DNA from: the human T2T-CHM13v2.0 reference genome, Homo sapiens
Reading direction: 5' to 3' (one strand)
NCBI RefSeq assembly: GCF_009914755.1
Contig: NC_060947.1
Length of the DNA stretch: 64,000 bases
Below are positions 1 through 13,000 of this stretch, piece after piece. A program made the translations under genes and the position numbers. Within the stretch, counting starts at the first letter, position 1, and every line of letters begins with the position of its first letter. The notes beneath the pieces were generated by a model, which worked only from the letters and a program-made list of their open reading frames with translations, had not been told where the DNA came from and searched no databases.

Positions 1-26
1 TTGGCGACCTTCTTTGCCTTTAATAC
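1..26 (-). CDS. ATP11C: ATP11C coding exon (probable exon 22), truncated by window edge
   Basis: tctcttttag acceptor then GT ATT AAA GGC AAA GAA GGT CGC CAA = (G)IKGKEGRQ; phase matches the preceding exon ending in G. Confidence 0.93.
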
Positions 27-1206
27 CTAAAAGAGAGTATCTCTATATGGTGAGCATTTTCTAGAATAAATGACTCCCTGATTTATCTTCACAGTTTCAA
101 CTTGGTTTAATGTTATAGTTCAATTCTATCAATTAGTTTTCCTTTTTTAAAAACCAAAAGAGCTTTCTTTAACAGTGACACTGAGACTTACCAAATAATT
201 TAACTAAGTTTAACTGGTAACTCCCTATTCGTAATACAGTATACAACAATTAAATAGAATCATTATTTCAATCATTACAAGGTAAAAATTATCTGAAGAA
301 AAAAACTCAACTTAAAAATAATTAAGTCACTCAGTAAGTGCTTAATTGTGTATGACGCTAGACTAGGTGCTATATTAAGGGAACTCAGAAACCTGGGGTT
401 TGTGGTCTAGGAGTTCAATGAGAAGACGGTGAAATTCTTTCATGTATGAAACCCTGACTAGCAGCGCAAGGGTTCTATGAGCTCGAGCAGCTTTAGGCCA
501 TTTGACACTTGGATAACCAATGAGTAGTACTTCAAGTTGCACAAGAAATAGGAATACTTCCAAATGAAAAGAACAGTTTGGGAACCTAAACTGCAGTACA
601 ATAATTCCCAAGATATGAATTCCATATCTGGCCCCACCACCCTGCCAAAACAAACAAACTAGCTAACTAACTTGCTGGGGAGTTAGTTGTGTTGCCTAAT
701 AGCAACCAGAGAAGGGAAAAAAAATGGTACAGGTGGTGGAAAAGCTGTTGTTGCATGTCAATATATAAATTCAACACTACAGCCCAAACCACCCATTAAT
801 ACTGCCATGTTGAAAAACAGCCAACCAATTATCATTTCTTAGCCCCAAACAGTTGAGATGTCAAAAGATATAGTACAGCAACATAAGCAGGCAGTCTGGC
901 CAGGGGCAGAAAATCAATAAAAATTTCATGCATGCTGTCAAAGTAAGAGCTAAACAATCAATTGTGCTGCCAGTAGCTTTGGGAAATTCACTCTACTTGG
1001 CTAATTGAAAAATATCCTTTAACTTTGTTACATTGCTACATTTCTACCATGGGGTAGGACCTTGGGATGGACATGTTGCATGATCAGATGAGGCCTCCAT
1101 TTAATTAACAATTATCATTCCAAAATTCAAATTCAAGATGAGTAACCAAAACAGTCACTCTAGAATGTAAGACCACACTACCTAAAAGCAATACTGATAC
1201 TTTTCA

Positions 1207-1338
<132 letters not shown>

Positions 1339-1470
1339 CTAAATATTAAATACAAAAGAGGTGTAAAAAAGGTCAAAGAAGAATGTAAGACTGGGCTACT
1401 TTAGGGGTTTATGCCTCATTCACACTTGTAAATAGCAGCCTTGCAAACAGAAAGGTAGTTTGTGCATATA

Positions 1471-1738
1471 CAGTCATCCCTCAGTATCCTTGGAGGACTG
1501 GCTCCAGGACGCTCGTAGATACCAAAATCCTCCTGCATACTTTAAATCATCTCTAGGTTTCTTTTAGTAACTAACTACAACGTAAATGCTATGTAAATAG
1601 CTGTCATACTGTATTGTTTTAAAATCGGTATTATTTTTATTGTTATACTGTTCGTTGTTTTAGTTTTATTCTAATATTTTCAATCCACAGTTGTTTGGAT
1701 CTGTGGATGCAGGACCCATGGATACGGAGGGCCAACTG
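1471..1738. mobile_element. MER2-type Tigger (Tc1/mariner) non-autonomous DNA transposon, internally deleted
   Basis: Starts cagtcatccctcagtatcc and ends ggatacggagggccaactg (terminal inverted repeats); TA on both sides (1469-1470, 1739-1740). Confidence 0.85.
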
Positions 1739-3199
1739 TAATATGTACAATAGTGTCAAATTCACAGATGCAGAACACAGCCATTCAAAATGTAACACCA
1801 GCACCCACTTGTCCTAGTTCTATGCATATATGAACTATCAAAAACTTTGCCTCTCATGCATATTAGAGGTCAATACATTTCCTTCTTTTTTCATTGCATC
1901 ATGTGTTCTTTCAGATCAGATGTTGAATGTGTGACAGTAGAAGCCAGAAAGCTGATTTGGGGTAACATACATAAGGCCACCAGAACCAAGTAGGAAGTCA
2001 GAGAACAATGTTTTTGGTTACTTTCTACTCTCTCCTCCCTGCTGACACTCTCACCTTCCCTAGGAGCACATCAACCCTTATTCCAACTTACCTAATGTTA
2101 AATTATTGCACCTATCTGGATGCCAACTAAACTTTAATAAATCTCTCACTGCTCAATATGGTCTGACCTCTCCTACGAGTAGCTGTATTTTAAAAGAGGT
2201 ACACTAAAGGGGTTGACATTTGCAGAAAGATGTCCAAGATATGTGTACAAAGCCTGTCGCTATTCCCTGAGTGTTTCTTCAAGATGTATAAATGTACTGA
2301 ATAAAATGTTCATCCCTGGTATTAAAATACTTCTGCCTTGGGGTTCTCCAAAAACCTCCTGGCAGAGTTACTTGTGGGAAGTGCATTGGGTGATCAGCTG
2401 CCCTCTTACCCTATGTTTTAGATAATCACTGTTTGATGTGGCAAGCCACAAAACCCCTTGGAATCTAGCGGCTTAAAAAAAAATAATTTAGTAGCTAAAT
2501 AATGCTTTGCAAAAATACTGTCCTCACAATTGTTCTGACCAGTTAACATAAATAAAATCCATTTTCAACATAACTGAAGTGATGAAAAATAATTCATGAG
2601 GCTAAGGCACCCTGCAGTTATTTCTTTAAATAGAATTCAATCAGGTTTTAGTTGTATTAAATAGTACAAAAAACCCCACATCCAATTCCACTTAACACAA
2701 AAATGATGTGACTATGAAATGCCAGCTTCCCCCAATCCCTCCCCTCAACTTGGTTCTTCTTAAAAACTTTACAGAAGACTGTCAGAAATAACCTGTAAGT
2801 GAAAGAATAAAAGACAAAATTAAAGAACCCAAACTAAATGTGTTTTTAATAGGCTACAATAATGGTTAACTAAGTGCACCTGTTATACTGTGTGCAGTAA
2901 CGATTTGCACCTCAAGGAAAAAATACGCACCCAAGGTTTAGGGAAGGCAATAAAATTATCAAGGGTGACAGCTTCTGCATGAAAACATAGACTAAAAAGA
3001 GTAAAACTCTCCACTGTAGAAAGATAAAAGGATATACAATCATGGACCATAAAATCATGAAGGGATTTAGATTCGTAAACATGGACTTTTTCACTCAGCC
3101 CTAGATCAAATGGATTAAGACCTCTTCAATCTCTAGGATAGCTTCATGAAAAAAAAAAATATTTTACCAAAAGCTATTCATCAAGTATAATAGCTTGCT

Positions 3200-6000
3200 T
3201 TATATTGTATACAGGAATGTGCTAAGAGCCAAAACAGATATAAGGTTTCATCACACACCTTAAAAAGCATATAAATGAAGTAGTAGAGTTAGGTCATGAG
3301 TACAAGAATATTAGATAAGCAGATTAACAATACAAGGTAACAAAATGTAGCATCTGTGCAGGAATGTATGATATTGTCATCCATGTAAGAAGGCCTAGGA
3401 TGTCAGAGAAGGGAGAAGATACCATACATGCCAGAGTGATCAGGAATTTTACAGAAGGACGAGTGATTTGATCTAAATCATGAAATATTAGTAAGACTCG
3501 CATAGATGAGAAAGAAAGAAAGGAGTATTCCAGAGAAAGGAACTAGCATATCCAAGAGCACATAGCCAGATAAATACAGTAAATGCTGAGAGAATAGATC
3601 TGGCTTGCCCAGATCAATTGGAATTTTCATATAGGAGACATGGACAGAAATATCTGGAGCTAGTTCAACAGCAGGGTGTAGGAAGAACCGGAGGAAAGCA
3701 AGACTGTGGGCAAAGAGAGAAGTTAGGTGGCTAGTTCCAGGAGTTCAATGAGCTATTGAAAGGCCTAGCCCTGAAAGGTAATGAAAAGAAAGGAATAGAT
3801 GGAAAAGACGATGTAATAAGAAACAGACAAAATTTAGTGACTAAGACTACAATGAAAGGGTAATGTATGTGGTATGTGGGAAGGCAACACAGGTTTCAAG
3901 GTTTTGAATCTAGAAATCTGGAAGTACACTGAGGTCAGTCATAGAAAAAGAAGATGCCAAGGAAAATGATGGTTGGACTCTAGAGAAGTCAGATTTGGGG
4001 TGATAATGCCACACCCAAGAATATGTGTTTGGGAAACAGCTGAAAAAGTAAAGTAGATCACCAAATATTTGGATTGGAGATAGTGACTTGAATATCACAT
4101 ACATGAACATGACAGCTAAGTATGTAATATCCTGCAAAAAATAACTATAGTGACAGAAATAAAACAGAATGAGGACTAAACCACAAGTGGTGGCATAATT
4201 AAGGTGGAAGAAGCAGCATGGGGTCAGGAATTCATATACCTGCCTGGCAGTGAAGCAGTCAGAACCCAGGTGAGCAATTTGAGCAGCATACACTGAATGT
4301 AAGGAAAAAAAGAGATCGCTTTTGCAGGAAAACCTCTGACTAAGGGGACAGATACTTTTGAATAGTGTATTCTGGTTGGATCTGATTCCCAACCTGGGGC
4401 CAAGAAAGTTTTACAAGATTGAAGAAAAGAAAGAAGAGCCTCTGATTGCAGTGGGGACTGAGAGCTAGAAGGCAGACAGAAGAAATGCCTCAAATATGAT
4501 GGGCGCTGTGTGTGTGTGTGTGCATATGTGTGCGTGTGTGTGTGCGCGCGCACAGTATATAAAAGAAAAGCCACAGACACAGCCATCCCCTTGTTTAGAG
4601 GAAGTGGTTAAAGAATCTGATGAAGCAAAACTAACACATATGAAAGAATATCCTATAGCATATATGGAAATGAAAAAGTAGGTAATGGAGACTCTAAGTT
4701 TCCTTGTACCTAGTGAATACAAAGAAGCAAGGTGAGGCAATTTGGACTGGAGGAGCTGGAAAAGAAAGCATGTAGGAGGTGGCCCTTCATCTAGGTTTCA
4801 TTATGAGTAAAATTTGTGTTAGGCCAGGGGAATTCAGAGAGAGTGCCAGATGAGGAAATGATGTGACAAAAGTTTTGAAAGTTGCCCTGAGCATGACATA
4901 TGGAAGACCATGGAAGAACAACCAACAGGAGTGCAGAATGTACACCAGAGAAAGGAGTGATAGTGGACACAAAGTACAAAATTTGTAGAGACATGTTAAG
5001 GGACAACAGTGGGGAGCCCCAGGCGCCACATTCACTCAACTGCCCTTCATCCTAAGGGACTAAGAAACTACTGAAAGTGTCCGAAAAAGAATGTATGATA
5101 GGAAGAGTTGTGTTTTAACAAGATTAATTTGGGAGTGTGGAGAGATTAAAAATGGGTGGGTGAAAGCAAGGAGACCAGTGAGGAGACTAAATCAAATAGT
5201 CTGTGTGTAAAGTCATAAAGGCTTGGACTAGTTGGGCAGTAAAAGGTTTTGAAAGATGGCATCAAAATGAGAGCTATGACAAAAGGTAGGACCAACAGGA
5301 CATGGCGACTATATATAGAGGGAGAGGAGAAGGATCAAAGGTAGTTTTGAGACATAGGGAGCAAGAGAAAAGTGGCACTGGTAACAAGAACAATATAAAA
5401 GAAAAACCAAACTGGTCTGAGGAAGAAAATTTTAAGATCTGTGTTGGACACCAGAATTTTTGTGACGGTAGGGAATCCATATATAGCTGTCTAGCACACA
5501 GGTAGAAATAGAAGACTTAATGTCAAGAAAAAGTCAGGGGCACACATTTATCAATGGGAGTCAGAGAAATAGACTTGCTTATCCAGAGAGAGACCATAAA
5601 GCTAAAAGTGGAGAGAAAACTTTGCCCTAGAAAAAACAGATAATTAGGGAGAAAATAGAGGATGGCACAAAATAAAAAGTCACTACATTGACAAATAAAA
5701 TGTCAGGACCATGGACCGTCACAGAGACCATGAAAGCATAATTTTAAGGAGGATATAACTGATGGTGTCAAGAGCAAAGGAGAAATGAGAAAGAGAATGG
5801 AAGACTACACAAGGGATGGGCCAGGTCTACCTGCAGGCAAGCCAAGGGAGTAAGAAGAGCAGAAAGAACACACAGAGCTAATGTCATAAGGGATCTAGGA
5901 GCAGTGGCAGCAGGCACAAAGCACTCATCAGAGAAAAAAGTCTGGAAGGTGAGGAACTGGGACAGCCAGATTGAGGGGACAACAAGGTGCAGCATAAGTT
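3200..6000 (+). mobile_element. Degenerate L2 fragments (approximate extent)
   Basis: Purine-rich decayed sequence with L2-like phrases (e.g. agatagtgacttgaatatc, gcaaggagaccagtgaggagact). Confidence 0.45.
4507..4554. repeat. (TG)n/(CG)n alternating purine-pyrimidine microsatellite
   Basis: tgtgtgtgtgtgtgtgcatatgtgtgcgtgtgtgtgtgcgcgcgcaca, 48 nt of unbroken alternation. Confidence 0.95.
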
Positions 6001-6161
6001 TAATTCAAAATGGGGAAAGACTTCTGAGTCTGATTACAAAAAGAAAGAAGCCTTGGAGGAAGAAATTAGATAGTAATAATGGCCCTTTGAAGAAGAAATA
6101 ATTTTTTAAAAAAATAAACATTTGCACATATATGTATAGAAGTATCCAGAATGGAACGTTA

Positions 6162-6422
<261 letters not shown>

Positions 6423-6564
6423 TTAAACAACAAAGGGGGTGGTCTCAGATAAGGGGAGTCATCAATCTGGTTCCTCAACCTGTTCACTCTAAAGAAGCAA
6501 CTGCCTCTAATAATGGCACAACAGTGATTTGCAATCGTATCTTTGAGACCCAAGTTGCACATAA

Positions 6565-7021
6565 TAGATGACTACAAGTTCTAAAAGGTCAACTTGGTGA
6601 GGCCACATTTCCCAGTTATTTAATCAAACAATTGTCTAAGTGATGCTGTAAAGGTATTTTGTGGATGTGATGAAAGTCCACAAGCAGTTGATTTCAAGTA
6701 AGAGAGATCATCCTAGATAACTAAAGTGGGCCTGATTCAGTCACTTGAAAGGTTTTAAGAGGAGAGCTGAGACTTCCTGATGCAGTAGCCTTAGCTACTT
6801 CCTGAGACTTCCTAAGGCAGTAGCCTTAGCTACTTCCTGAGACTTCCTAAGGCAGTAGCCTTAGCTCACGCCTGAGAGTCCCAGCCCTTCCTAAGAGCCT
6901 ATCCCACAAATCTAGACCTGCCCAGCTAGATAATACAATTGCCCAAGCCAAGTCCTAACAATAAATCTCTCAATATATTCTTTTACTGGTTCTATTTTTC
7001 TGGTTGAACTTTGACTAATAT
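6565..7021 (+). mobile_element. MLT2-family (ERVL) solo LTR
   Basis: gtcaacttgg...cccagttatttaatcaaac...gtgggcctgattcagtcacttgaaagg; 3' end ataaatctctc...ctggttct...gactaata. Confidence 0.7.
6767..6878. repeat. 35-bp minisatellite, about 3 copies
   Basis: Unit ctgagacttcctaaggcagtagccttagctacttc starts at 6767, 6802, 6837 and partially at 6872. Confidence 0.93.
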
Positions 7022-7195
7022 AAACTTTTTTTTTTGATGTTTAGAAAATAAGAGGTTAAGCAGCCTGACTCTGTATAAGAAACGTATGGTATCTGGAATT
7101 CAAATTAATTAGTCAAACTCTGCTATGAAGACAAATCATCAATTAGTCTGAAACTCCCTAGCAATATAGGGAAAAGACAAATGGCTTTGGGGCAA

Positions 7196-7201
<6 letters not shown>

Positions 7202-7243
<42 letters not shown>
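7202..7243. repeat. (AT)n microsatellite, about 21 units
   Basis: Perfect AT run. Confidence 0.97.
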
Positions 7244-7245
<2 letters not shown>

Positions 7246-7274
7246 TTTAAATGTATCATTTTACATACTAGCTT

Positions 7275-7845
7275 AGTGGTTCTCTAGCCATCCCATTCAA
7301 ATCATCTGGGTGGCTTTAAAAATTGCCCATGCCTGGGGCCTATCCCCAGACCAATTAAATCAGAGTACCTTGGCCAGGGCTTGGTTATATATAGGTATAT
7401 TTTAAAAGCTTCCTAGGTGGTTCTCATGTGTAGCCAGGACTAAGAGGTGTTAGGTGTCAGGAAAGACAAATGTGTAACAGGTGCCAAGTATTTAAGAAAA
7501 ATATAGTGTAAAACTTACAAATGAGAAAATTCTGCCAATTAACTTTTATTTTTCAATTAGGAAACAAACAAGTGGTTATTCAAGTTTTGCTCCGGGGAAT
7601 CTTGGGTGCCATTTGACAACCACTACAGTGGAAGCATTAGACAAAGCAGGATCTCAGAGATTCAGTTATCTAATTTAATGATACTCAAAGTTTAACGTGC
7701 AAAGGAATCACCTGGGAATCTTCTTAAACTGCAAATTCGGATTCGTTAGGTCTGGGGTGTGATGTGAGATTTTGCATTTCTAACAAGCTGCCCAGTGACA
7801 ATGGAGCTGCTATTCTATAGACGAAGCTTTGAGTAGTGAGGGCCT
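7275..7845. mobile_element. Two MER5-type hAT-Charlie MITEs (~7275-7445 and ~7680-7840)
   Basis: agtggttctc...ccccagaccaattaaatcaga and aatcacctgggaatctt...gcatttctaacaagc. Confidence 0.65.
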
Positions 7846-8752
7846 AATATACCTCATCATTCCTTTATTCCATATTTCTTCAGTGTATACTGCTAATACC
7901 ATAACATTTTATACTTACAAATATTTTGCTGTATAATTTTATTCACTAAATAAAGAGACATAAATGATGTGTTCTCTTTCTTTGCTCCCCTACTCATATA
8001 TTAATAGCTTACTTATGGGGCTGAAAACAGCAACTCAATAACCAATGAAGAAATAACTTGTAAACACCAACTATAAGCACACTATATAGAGAAATACAAA
8101 GAATTATGGACTAATCTTTTTATGGAGAATAGAAAATCTCCTTAGATTGATAGAAGCATACATGAGAGAACTACCTAACCAAACAAGATAATCAATGGTT
8201 GATGTCCAGTTATTGAGACATATCCACACAGGAAAGAATAGTGGATTCTTTGTGAGGTGCAATATCTAAAGTAGGACTTGAAAAACAGGGAATAAAGAGG
8301 TGATGTAATAGAATGTATGTTGGGGTGCACTGCAAAAGCAGGTTGAAAAGGTCACTTAAGGCCTCTGGTGTGGCCTGAATCTGTGACTAATGGAGAACCA
8401 CCAAAGTTTTCAGAGCGGATATGATATGGACAGTGCTTCACTTAAAGATCATTCATCTGGCAGAGGGGCTTAAGGGATTTCATGCATGATGTACTAGACC
8501 TCTGATGTGGGTGGGGCACTAGAGGTGAGAATGGGGGTATGAATATGGCTTGGGGGCTGATTTGAAGGGGAAAGGGCAAAGGAGCAGAAGCTGGCAAAGG
8601 TGACTGAGTCTGAACCCTGTGTAAGTAAGTAAAGACTGTGCCCGACTCCAAACAAATAACCAGGAAGATGGGCTGATCTGAGACAGTGACAGTAAATTAA
8701 GTTTTCCACAAGCCCTGGCTTTTACAAAAGTGTCCTCAGGGCTGTTGAATGG

Positions 8753-11475
8753 TGCTATAGACTGAATTGTGTTCCCCTGCAAATTCATGCTGAAGCCCTA
8801 CCCCCAATGTGATTGTATTTGAAGATAGCACCTTTAGAGGGTGAGGCCCTCATGATGGGATTTGCATCTGTTATAAACTGAATTGTGTTCTCCCAAGATT
8901 CATCTGTTGAAGCTCTTAACTCCCAGTGTTGTGGTATTAGGAGGTGGGGCCCTTGAGAGTAACTAACTGATATGGTTTGGCTGTGTCCCCACCCAAATCT
9001 CAACTTGAATTGTATCTCCCAAAACTGCCATGTGTTGTGGGAGGGACCCAGGGGGAGGTAACTGAATCATAGGGGCCGGTCTTTCCTGTGCTGTTCTCGT
9101 GAGAGTGAGTAAGTCTCATGAGATCTGATGGGTTTATCGGGTTTCCGCTTTTGCTTCTTCCTCATTTTTCTGTTACCGTAGCCATGTAAGAAGTGCCTTT
9201 TGCCTCTCGCCTTGATTCTGAGGCCTCCCCAGCCATGTGGAACTGTAAGTCCAATTAAATCTCTTTTTCTTCCCAGTCTCGGGTAAGTTTTTATCAGCAG
9301 CATGAAAACGGACTAATACAGTAAATTGGTACCAGTAGAGTGGGGTGTTGCTGAAAAGATAACCAAAACTGTGGACGCAACTTTGGAACTGGGTAACAGG
9401 CAGAGGCTGGGACAGTTTGGAGGGCTCACAGGAAGACAGGAAAATGTGGGAAAGTTTGGAACCTCCTAGACACTTGTTGAATGGCTTTGACAAAAATGCT
9501 GATAGTGATATGAAAAGTAAGGTTCAGGCTGAGGTGGTCTCAGACAGAGATGAGGAACTTGTTGGGAACCGGAGCAAAGGTGACTCTTGCTATGTTTTAG
9601 CAGAGAGACTGGTGGCATTTTGTCCCTGCCCTAGAGATTTGTGGAAGTTTGAACTTGAGAGAGATGATTTAGGGTATCTGGCAGAAGAAATTTCTAAGGA
9701 GCAAAGCATTCAAAAGGTAATCTAGATGCTGTTAAAAGCATTCCATTTTAAAAGGGAAACAGAGCATAAAGTTCAGAAAATTTGCAGCCTGATGATGCGA
9801 CAGAAAAGAAAAACCCATTTTCTGAGAAGAAATTCATGCCAGCTGCAGAAATTTGCATAAGAAGCAAGGAGCCTAATGTTAATCCCCAAGACCATGGGGA
9901 AAATGTCTCCAGGCCATGTCAGAGACCTTCACAGCAGCCCCTCCCATCACAGGCCCGGAGGCCCAGGAAGAAAAGTGGTTTCATGGGCCAGGCCCAGCGT
10001 CCCCGTGCTGTGTGTAGCCTAGGGATTTGGTGCCCTGTGCAGCTGCTCTAGCCATGGCTGAAAGGGGCCAACGTAGAGCTTAGGCCATGGCTTCAGAGGG
10101 TGGAAGCCCCAAGCCTTGGCAGCTTCCACATGGCATTGAGCCTGAGGGTACACAAAGTCAAGAACTGAGATTTGGGAACCTCCACCTAGATTTCAGAATA
10201 TGTATGGAAACGTGTGGATGTCCAGGCAAAAGTTTGCTGCAGGGATGGGGCCCTCATGGAGAACCTCTGCTTGGACAGTGCAGAAGGGAAATGTGGTGTT
10301 GGAGTCCCCATACAGAGTCCCTACTGGGGCACTGATTAGTGGAGCTATGAGAAGAGGGCCACCATCCTCCAGACCCCAGAATGGTAGATCCACTGACAGC
10401 TTGCACTGTGCACCTGGAAAAGCCGCAGACACTCAATGCCAGCCTGTGAAAGCAGCCAGGAGGGAGACTATACCCTGCAAGGCCACAGAGGCAGAGCTGC
10501 CCAAGACCATGGGAACCCACCTCTTGCATCAGCATGACCTGGATGTGAGACATGGAGTCAAAGTAGATCATTTTGGAGCTTTAATAATTGACTGCCCTGC
10601 TGGATTTCAGACTTGCATGGGCCCTCTAATCCCTTTGTTTTGGCCAATTTCTCCCATTTGGAACGGCTATATTTACCCAATACCTGTACCCCCATTGTAT
10701 CTAGGAAGTAACTAGCTTACTTTTGATTTTATACAGGCTCATAGGCAGAAGAGACTTGCCTTGTCTCAGATGAGACTTTGGACTGTAGACTTTTGGGTTA
10801 ATGCTGAAAGACTTTGGGGGGCTGTTGGGAAGGCATGATTGGTTTTGAAATGTGAGGACATGAGATTTAGAGGGGCCAGGGGCAGAATGATATGATTTGG
10901 TTGTGTCCCCACCCAAATCTCAACTTGAATTGTACCTCCCAGAATTCCCATGTGTTGTGGGAGGGACCCAGGGGGAGGTAACTGAATCATGGGGGCTGGT
11001 CTTTCCTATGCTGTTCTCATTATAGTGAATTAACTCTCATGAGATCTGATGGGTTTATCAGGGGTTTCTGTTTTCGCTTCTTCCTCATTTTTCTCTTGTC
11101 GCTGTCATGTAAGAGGTGCTTTTTGCCATGATTCTGAGGCCTCCCCAACCATGCAGAACTCTAAGTCCAATTAAACCTCTTTTTGTTCCCAGTTTCGGGT
11201 ATGTCTTTATCAGCAGTGTAAAAACAGACTAATACACTGACTTTAGATGAGTTAATGAAGGTGGGGCCTCCATGATGGGATTACTGCCCTTATAAGAGGA
11301 AGAGACAGCAGAGGGCGGCCATTTGCAAGCCAGAAAAAAGCCCTCACAAGAACCCAACCATGCTGGCACTCCAATCACAGAACTTTAGCCTCCAAAACCG
11401 TGAAAAATAAATTTCTACTGTTTAATCCATCCAATCTATGGTATTTTGTTATGGCAGCCCAAGCAGACTAAGACA
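8753..11475 (+). mobile_element. MLT1A-type MaLR LTR (8869-8967 plus 11242-11475) split by THE1A, preceded by a second MLT1 5' fragment (8753-8868)
   Basis: tg(c/t)tata(g/a)actgaattgtgttc starts twice; LTR resumes after 11241 and ends ...gttatggcagcccaagcagactaagaca. Confidence 0.8.
8968..11236 (+). mobile_element. Full-length THE1A MaLR retroelement (5' LTR 8968-9320, internal 9321-10887, 3' LTR 10888-11236)
   Basis: Two ~350-bp direct repeats tgatatg...gactaataca; purine tract gaggggccaggggcagaa before the 3' LTR; 5-bp TSD ctaac/ctgac. Confidence 0.93.
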
Positions 11476-11689
11476 AAAGGAGAAGTAAAATGCACATACT
11501 TTGGACTATCTTTAGAAGTACCATTTGGCTAAAGGAAAAAGTTTCTCATAGGCAATTAATAAAAACCTATTTATTATCACTGATGCCCAAGTACTAGAAG
11601 AACAACAGCTGTTTTAGAATTGGCCACAGCCTCATGAATGTGGGCTAATCATTTTTAAAGCTTGCTTAAACATTAGCGATGAGGATACA

Positions 11690-11890
11690 GATATAGCATA
11701 GTTGTTATAAGCATGGGATCTGGAATTGGAGAGACTTTCTGAACTTCTTCTTAGCTGTGTGATCTCTATCTGTGAAATGAAGAAAATACGGTTGCCTAAC
11801 TGGGTTGTTAATGATGATTAAATAATAATTATCATACAAAGCCCTTAACACTGTTCCTGGAACATAAAGTGTGCTTAAGAAATTGAAAAT
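11690..11890 (+). mobile_element. MIR SINE fragment
   Basis: MIR core-like ttagctgtgtgatc...tctgtgaaatga...gcccttaacactgttcctggaacata. Confidence 0.55.
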
Positions 11891-12604
11891 AATATTGCTT
11901 AGGGATATTTCAAGTTAGTACAGACACATCCAGTGGCATTTCAAAAAAGGAAATCAATTTGCTTATGGCCAAGGTAAATTCAAGTAATTGGTTTAGACAA
12001 AGCTCACCCTTGGTCAATGGGAAGTATAGAAAATATATCTCTGGGCACTGAATTATTGTTTATCAGTGGCTTTCCCTGACACCTTTATGTTCCACAAGTT
12101 CTTCCTAGTTGAAAGTAGAGTCAAAGCGGCCATGTCCTCTAAAGAAAGTGGCCACGTTAACAAGTATTTGATTCCATTTGGAGCTCTGGGGTATAAAAAT
12201 GCACAGAAAATGGCTCCAGAACCTCAAAATGCATGAAAATTGTCATAAAGATTGATTTTATTACATTCAATTTAAGAGACTGTGAAAGGAATATTTTTTT
12301 CTTAACATGGACCAGGCCAGAATATCAACATTGAATACCTAGACTCTAAACATTTAAAAATTGAGCTATTTTTCTAAACCTTCCGAAATGTGCAGTTTTC
12401 TCTTAAGTTAAAAGAAAAGGTGGAAAGTGCCAAATAATCTCAGATGGGCCATTATTCAAGTCCTCAGGGACGATTTTAACTTATAAGGATAAAACACCTG
12501 CAAACAGAAAATCATGCATTACAGAAAATGAAGCCTTTTGTATATGCAGCTGTGATTTACATCTACACCAATGTCTAAATATAAGAAACTGATGTACTTT
12601 CTTA

Positions 12605-13000
<396 letters not shown>

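Noticed and set aside
375-653. 92-aa minus-strand ORF in the intron between exons ~21 and ~22
   Set aside because: Non-ATG start, no recognisable homology and no supporting splice sites
6767-6878. Regularly spaced repeats superficially like a CRISPR array (also 58616-58666)
   Set aside because: Head-to-tail units without unique spacers, in a primate intron with no cas genes
9417-10715. ORFs of 80-171 aa on the + strand
   Set aside because: Fragmented remnants of the THE1 internal region, not an independent gene
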